A DNA stretch of 64,000 nt. Origin: Candidatus Undinarchaeota archaeon. GTDB taxonomy: Archaea > SpSt-1190 > JASMDC01. This document shows, in pieces, positions 59,531 through 64,000 of this stretch. The DNA lies in NCBI GenBank assembly GCA_964519305.1, contig CAZFHY010000014.1, forward strand, positions 32,001 to 96,000, read 5' to 3'. A program made the position numbers and the translations under genes. The first letter of the stretch is position 1, and the number at the start of each line of letters is the position of its first letter. The notes under the pieces were generated by a model. That model saw only the letters and a program-made list of their open reading frames with translations. It was not told the origin of the DNA and did no database searches.

Positions 59531-60074
59531 TCGCACCTTCTATTCACAGATCAGACAGTTCTTCCTATCGCGTAAAGAGGCGTTCGCCAACGACCAGGTC
59601 GGGAACCAGCGCCTTATGTACCAATTGGCCAACGTCCAGAAATCCATCGAGCAGTTATACAAGCACCGCGAGAAGAAGGTGCTCATCCTCGCCCTCAACG
59701 ACTCACGGTCGGATAGCCAGTGTCCGGAGGTCTCCGACATGGTGCCCCACGAGAAGAAGCTCTACGGAGCGCTCATAAAGGTCCTCAACGAGCACCGCGA
59801 CCTGTACTATCTCCCGCTCTTCACCGACGAGAAGGGTGCGGCTCCGCCGTCGGTCCTCGTGGAAAGCCCCGCTCCAGTCAAAGTGGATGAGGCAGCTCCG
59901 AACGATAAGGATGATGGATTGGTGGAGTTGGAGTTCCTTGCCGACATACCGAGGACGCTGGGTATGGACGCCAAGGAGTATGGGCCCTTCAGACGTGGTG
60001 AGAAGGCCCGAATTCCGGCGGCCAACGCCGAAAACCTTATAAATAGAGGTAAGGCAAGGTCGGCGGAGGCCTAA
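59442..60074 (+). CDS. GINS subunit (Gins51/15)
   Basis: ITYETI..E...LDRTFY, REKK, B-domain FLADIP..GMD.KEYGPF..G; conserved position. Confidence 0.88.
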   Translation: MAENEERITYETIVNKERQEKNSKRLLDLDRTFYSQIRQFFLSRKEAFANDQVGNQRLMYQLANVQKSIEQLYKHREKKVLILALNDSRSDSQCPEVSDMVPHEKKLYGALIKVLNEHRDLYYLPLFTDEKGAAPPSVLVESPAPVKVDEAAPNDKDDGLVELEFLADIPRTLGMDAKEYGPFRRGEKARIPAANAENLINRGKARSAEA

Positions 60075-60076
60075 CG

Positions 60077-60352
60077 ATGAGGTTCCCTAAGGAGATCAAG
60101 ACGTACTGTCCTTTTTGCGAGAGTCACACTCTTCATGAGCTCAAGGAGGTCAAGAAGCACAAGGCGGGCGAGCTCACCTGGGGTCAGCGACAGTTCCGCC
60201 GCGTGCTCAAGGGGTACCGCGGATACCCGCGCCCTCTGCCCCACCATGAGAAGCCCACCAAGCGAAAGGATGTTCGTGTGTGGTGCAAGACCTGCAAGAA
60301 GGGACATGGACGCAAGGCCATCCGTTCGAAGAAGTATCAGATTGGGAGGTAG
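60077..60352 (+). CDS. rpl44e: 50S ribosomal protein L44e (eL42)
   Basis: [21 protein letters not shown]. Confidence 0.96.
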   Translation: MRFPKEIKTYCPFCESHTLHELKEVKKHKAGELTWGQRQFRRVLKGYRGYPRPLPHHEKPTKRKDVRVWCKTCKKGHGRKAIRSKKYQIGR

Positions 60353-60357
60353 TCATC

Positions 60358-60540
60358 ATGGAGCTCATTCCACGTCCTAAGACCAAATTCATCAAGGTTA
60401 AGTGCAAGTGCAAGAACGAGCAGATTATCTTCGGGAACGCAGCAAGCCAGGTGAAGTGCCTCGTGTGCGACGAGGTCCTCGCCGAGCCGCGTGGCGGCAT
60501 GGCCGATGTAAAGGCCAAGGTGCTCGAGGTCCTGGAGTAG
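60358..60540 (+). CDS. rps27e: 30S ribosomal protein S27e
   Basis: FIKVKCKCKNEQIIF..CLVC..LAEPRGG; SD ggagg. Confidence 0.96.
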   Translation: MELIPRPKTKFIKVKCKCKNEQIIFGNAASQVKCLVCDEVLAEPRGGMADVKAKVLEVLE

Positions 60541-60546
60541 GCTCGG

Positions 60547-61335
60547 ATGCGTGTCAAGAAAGGATTCCCCAGCGCGGGCGACGTCGTCGCTTGCACCGTG
60601 AAGAGCGTATCCTCCTATGCTGCTTTCGCCTCACTTGATGAGTACGACAACCTGGAGGGCATGATCCACATTTCTGAGATCTCCACCAAATGGGTGAAGA
60701 ACATCCGGGACCATGTCAAGGAAGGTCGCAAGAACGTATGCAAGGTCCTCAGTGTCGATTCGCGGAAGGGCCATATCAATCTCTCGCTCCGTCGTATCAC
60801 GTCAGCTCAGGAAAAGACCAAGCTCGAGGAGGTGTCCCAGGCCAACAAGGCCGAGAAGCTCTTGGAGATGGTCGCCAAGGAAAAGGGCATAGACCTCGAA
60901 AAAGCTCTCGATATTATCGCTAGCCCCCTGGAGACGCAGTACGGTGCCCTCTACTATGCGCTCGAGGACTCTGTTGACAAGGGGGAGACGGTATTCACCG
61001 ATGTGGGCATATCTGCAGACTGGGCCAAGGCCCTTGTCGAAGTGGCCAAGCGCAACATCATCCCTCCGACAGTCACTATCTCTGGTGTGCTCACCCTTTC
61101 GAGCGAGAAGCCTACGGGCCTCGAAGACATAAAGAAAGCTCTCCTGGAGGCAGAGAAGGCGACGAAGGAAAACGAGAGCCAGGGTGAAGTAGTGGTCATC
61201 GCGGCACCCCGGTACCGCATCAAGATCACTGCTCCCGATTACAAGGTGGCAGAGTCGACGCTCAAACAGGCATACGAAAAGGCCATCAACATAGTCACAA
61301 AGGCTGGCGGTTCAGGCGCCTTCCAAAGGAAATGA
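60547..61335 (+). CDS. eif2a: Translation initiation factor 2 alpha
   Basis: S1 domain LDEY..EGMIHISE, GHINLSLRR, APRYRI. Confidence 0.96.
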   Translation: MRVKKGFPSAGDVVACTVKSVSSYAAFASLDEYDNLEGMIHISEISTKWVKNIRDHVKEGRKNVCKVLSVDSRKGHINLSLRRITSAQEKTKLEEVSQANKAEKLLEMVAKEKGIDLEKALDIIASPLETQYGALYYALEDSVDKGETVFTDVGISADWAKALVEVAKRNIIPPTVTISGVLTLSSEKPTGLEDIKKALLEAEKATKENESQGEVVVIAAPRYRIKITAPDYKVAESTLKQAYEKAINIVTKAGGSGAFQRK

Positions 61336-61520
61336 GGAAACTTCGCAAATGCTCGGAGTGCGGGACGTACACACTGCTCGAAGCTTGTCCTCGATGCGGT
61401 GCGGATGCAACCTGCCCACATCCCGCGAAGTTCTCTCCCGACGATCCCTACGGACGGTACCGCCGTCAGCGAAAGAAGGAGGTTATGGTAGATCATGGTG
61501 ACCCACCTGAACGTGCTTGA
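61332..61520 (+). CDS. nop10: H/ACA RNP protein Nop10
   Basis: KCSECGTYTL..CPRCG..HPAKFSPDDPYGRYR. Confidence 0.95.
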   Translation: MRKLRKCSECGTYTLLEACPRCGADATCPHPAKFSPDDPYGRYRRQRKKEVMVDHGDPPERA

Positions 61521-62280
61521 ACGCCCAAAGCTCACAAAACCCGTTCTTATAGAGGGGCTCCCCGGTATAGGGAACGTGGGCAAGGTCGTGGTGGAGTATC
61601 TCATCGAGATGCTCGGTGCCACCAAGTTCGCCGAGCTCCACTCCAGCCACTTCCCCTATCACGTCTTCGTCGGCGACGACGACACCGTGGACCTCCCGAC
61701 CAATTCGTTCTACTATTGGAAGAAGAAGAAGCGTGGGCAGCAGGATGTTATCATCCTCACGGGCGACATCCAGTCCATCACTCCCGAGGGTCACTACGAG
61801 GTCGTGTCCACGATCCTCGACCTCTGTCAGGAGTACAAGGTAAAGGAACTCATCACCATCGGCGGTTTCGGGGTACAGAAGATACCTGACGTCCCCAAGG
61901 TCATTGGTGCCGTCACCGACAAGAAGCTCAAGAAGAAGCTGAAGAAGAGCAAGGTCATCTTCAGCGGTGGCAACCGCGTAGGATTCATCGTCGGCGCGTC
62001 CGGTCTACTTCTTGGTCTGGGGAAGATCAGGGGCATAGATGGTTGTTGCCTCATGGGCGAGACCGTGGGTGCCCAACCCTTCTTCACCGACTCCAAGGCG
62101 GCCAAGTCCGTGCTTTCGGTCATAAACGACGTCCTTAAGCTCAAGCTGGACATGGCGGGTATCGACGAGATGACCCAGGACATGGAGAAGGCCATTGGCA
62201 AAGCCAAGGAGATCCAATCCCGCATTATCGAGGAGATGGGTCGTAGTGGCCCCGTGGAAGAACTGCGCTACATAGGGTAG
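61495..62280 (+). CDS. PAC2-family proteasome assembly chaperone
   Basis: IEGLPGIGNVGK, GDIQS, IVGASGLLLG, CLMGET, C-terminal YIG. Confidence 0.92.
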   Translation: MVTHLNVLERPKLTKPVLIEGLPGIGNVGKVVVEYLIEMLGATKFAELHSSHFPYHVFVGDDDTVDLPTNSFYYWKKKKRGQQDVIILTGDIQSITPEGHYEVVSTILDLCQEYKVKELITIGGFGVQKIPDVPKVIGAVTDKKLKKKLKKSKVIFSGGNRVGFIVGASGLLLGLGKIRGIDGCCLMGETVGAQPFFTDSKAAKSVLSVINDVLKLKLDMAGIDEMTQDMEKAIGKAKEIQSRIIEEMGRSGPVEELRYIG

Positions 62281-62285
62281 GTCCG

Positions 62286-62687
62286 TTGGTCAAGAAGACA
62301 CTGAAAACCAAGCATTCGAACGAGGGGGACTCGCTACTGGGTTCCATCAAGGACCTGTGCGGTAGGATCCTTCCCGGTCAGAAGGCCGTTCCAAAGGACA
62401 TCGTCGTAAATACAGAGGTCCATACCTCCAACACCTATGAGAAGGCGCTCGCCTTTGCCCGGGCGCACGATGACTTCACGCTCGAAGAGATCGAGGATGA
62501 CACGAAGTGCTCGCGCCAGAGCCTGAAGAACCAGTTGTCCTTCCTCGTCAAGGCCGGTGAGCTCGAGTCCGTTATGAGATGCTCGTTGTGTGGTTACATA
62601 TTCCGGGATGGTGAGGACATCTGTCCCACCTGCCGTAAGCGGAAGAGGGCCCACGCCTATCGTATCAAGAGCCGTAACGAGTTCTGA
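62286..62687 (+). CDS. Winged-HTH + zinc-ribbon putative regulator
   Basis: FTLEEI..CSRQSLKNQL..L; CSLCGY...CPTC. Confidence 0.65.
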   Translation: MVKKTLKTKHSNEGDSLLGSIKDLCGRILPGQKAVPKDIVVNTEVHTSNTYEKALAFARAHDDFTLEEIEDDTKCSRQSLKNQLSFLVKAGELESVMRCSLCGYIFRDGEDICPTCRKRKRAHAYRIKSRNEF

Positions 62688-62739
62688 ATCGTCCGGTTCG
62701 AACGATTCCCTTTTATGCTTTGGGTAGCCCCCACGCCAC

Positions 62740-64000
62740 ATGGAAAGACAGAGGAGTGTCGCGGTCTTTGTGGCCTTCCTGACGCTCCTTTTTCCAATTT
62801 CCGGGCTGGACGAACCGACGTTCGACTCGACCGTCTTTCTGGCATCGCTCCTCCCCGGTACGATCGACTGTCCTCCGGGCATGGTCCGCGTTGACGCCTT
62901 CTGGGGGAGCTTCTGCATCGACCAGTACGAGGCGTCCCGGGACGACCGTATGTGGCCGGTATCTCTTGCTGGCCGGAACCCGTGGACCAATATTACGTGG
63001 GAAAGGGCGCGGTTCGCATGCGGGCTCTCGGGAAAACGCCTGTGCACCGGTAGGGAATGGCTCGCTGCATGCGACCTCCAGGGTCAGAAGTACGATCTCA
63101 CACAGGAGGGGACAGCGGAGCTTTTCGATTGTTTCACTTACTGCTCCAACTGCACGCTCGTAGCGATCGCGAACCACGATACTGGTATGCATCCCGAGTG
63201 CAGGTCGGGCTCCAATGCCTTTGATATGGTCGGGAACGTATGGGAGTGGGTCGAAGAGACGGTGCCTGATCACGGCTGGTCCGGTTCGGAGCGGTCCGTG
63301 GGCGACGTGCTCGGCAAGGATCCCAAGCGGTACGGGAACGACCATGTATACCCTCCTCTCGATGGTTCGGGTAAGGGGTACCCGGTCAGGCGTGGCGGCT
63401 CGTGGAGCACAATATCCTTCCAGGGGGCCGAGCGGGCGGGTTGCTTCTCGCTCAATTTCGCGAACAGCGAGCCTGACGTGCGCACCGGTTACCGGTGCTG
63501 TTACGGTTTCGATTCAAGCCCCCTCCCCACCGGGACGCTCGCCGATGCGCTCGAGGACCGCAACAGCCTCTTCCTGGAGAGCATGCGCCAGGGTATCGAC
63601 CTCTCCCAAGAAGAGCGGTTCCAGGAAGCACTGATCGCCTTCGAGGATGCTCGCGCCATCTCGCCAGCTAGCAGCGAGGCCAATAACGGTCGTGCTGTCG
63701 CTCTGGCGGGACTTGACCGCTTGGACGCGGCACTCGCGGTGGTTGACAGCGTCCTGGACAACGATCCGGACGACACCTACTCGCTCGCAAACAAGGGTGC
63801 GTTCCTTATCCGTGCGAAGCGGTACGAGGACGCGATAAACACCTACGACCTCCTGCTCGAGGTCATTCCCGGGGATGAACGGGCCATCGGTAACCGTGAG
63901 TATGCTCTCGTCGCCATGGCTGCCGGGACCAACGCAACGTCTTCGCCGGTCCCCTCCCCTGAACCGCCTGTACCCACGCCGACGGCCGATCCCACAACGG
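62740..64000 (+). CDS. Secreted FGE-sulfatase/C-type-lectin-fold protein with TPR repeats (runs off window end; absent from ORF track)
   Basis: Hand translation: MERQRSVAVFVAFLTLLF.., CPPGMV, FCIDQYEAS, GKRLC..EW..AC, DMVGNVWEW, RGGSW, GYRCC, then TPR-like helices; no stop before 64000. Confidence 0.88.
   Translation, partial: MERQRSVAVFVAFLTLLFPISGLDEPTFDSTVFLASLLPGTIDCPPGMVRVDAFWGSFCIDQYEASRDDRMWPVSLAGRNPWTNITWERARFACGLSGKRLCTGREWLAACDLQGQKYDLTQEGTAELFDCFTYCSNCTLVAIANHDTGMHPECRSGSNAFDMVGNVWEWVEETVPDHGWSGSERSVGDVLGKDPKRYGNDHVYPPLDGSGKGYPVRRGGSWSTISFQGAERAGCFSLNFANSEPDVRTGYRCCYGFDSSPLPTGTLADALEDRNSLFLESMRQGIDLSQEERFQEALIAFEDARAISPASSEANNGRAVALAGLDRLDAALAVVDSVLDNDPDDTYSLANKGAFLIRAKRYEDAINTYDLLLEVIPGDERAIGNREYALVAMAAGTNATSSPVPSPEPPVPTPTADPTT

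Noticed and set aside
62740-64000. Diversity-generating retroelement
   Set aside because: No reverse transcriptase, Avd or template repeat is visible in this window.

Overview
A GC-rich archaeal chromosome segment. It has DPANN-type markers: a fused PriS-PriL primase and K/R-G/A-Q-x-x-x-E-F-L-x-S-Y-G-W class III signal peptides. Its metabolism is unexpectedly rich for that group. In order, the window holds a minus-strand 16S-tRNA-Ala(intron)-23S rRNA operon, an aconitase/ATP-citrate lyase/monomeric IDH cluster, peptidases and a complete trpEGDCFBA operon. Next come two giant paralogous pilin-signal adhesins, a second AEP primase-like gene, a xanthine-dehydrogenase-family operon, two DHH phosphoesterases and TFB. 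The window ends with the conserved S15-S3ae...RpoL-DUF99-primase-GINS-L44e-S27e-aIF2a-Nop10-PAC2 cluster and a truncated FGE-type/TPR gene that the ORF track missed. The strongest novel candidate is at the start of the trp operon. The trpE frame has no ATG/GTG/TTG start covering its apparent N-terminus. Instead, a near-leaderless 16-codon uORF reads AGG AGG GAT CAT CTT TGG C. This is a prfB-like SD plus CUU-U slip site with a Trp codon in the A site, and a +1 slip lands exactly in the trpE frame. All seven Trp enzymes (2096 annotated residues) contain no tryptophan, and TGTACA-like TRP boxes lie upstream. Together this suggests a tryptophan-sensing programmed +1 frameshift. All family calls come from motif recognition by eye; no searches were run.
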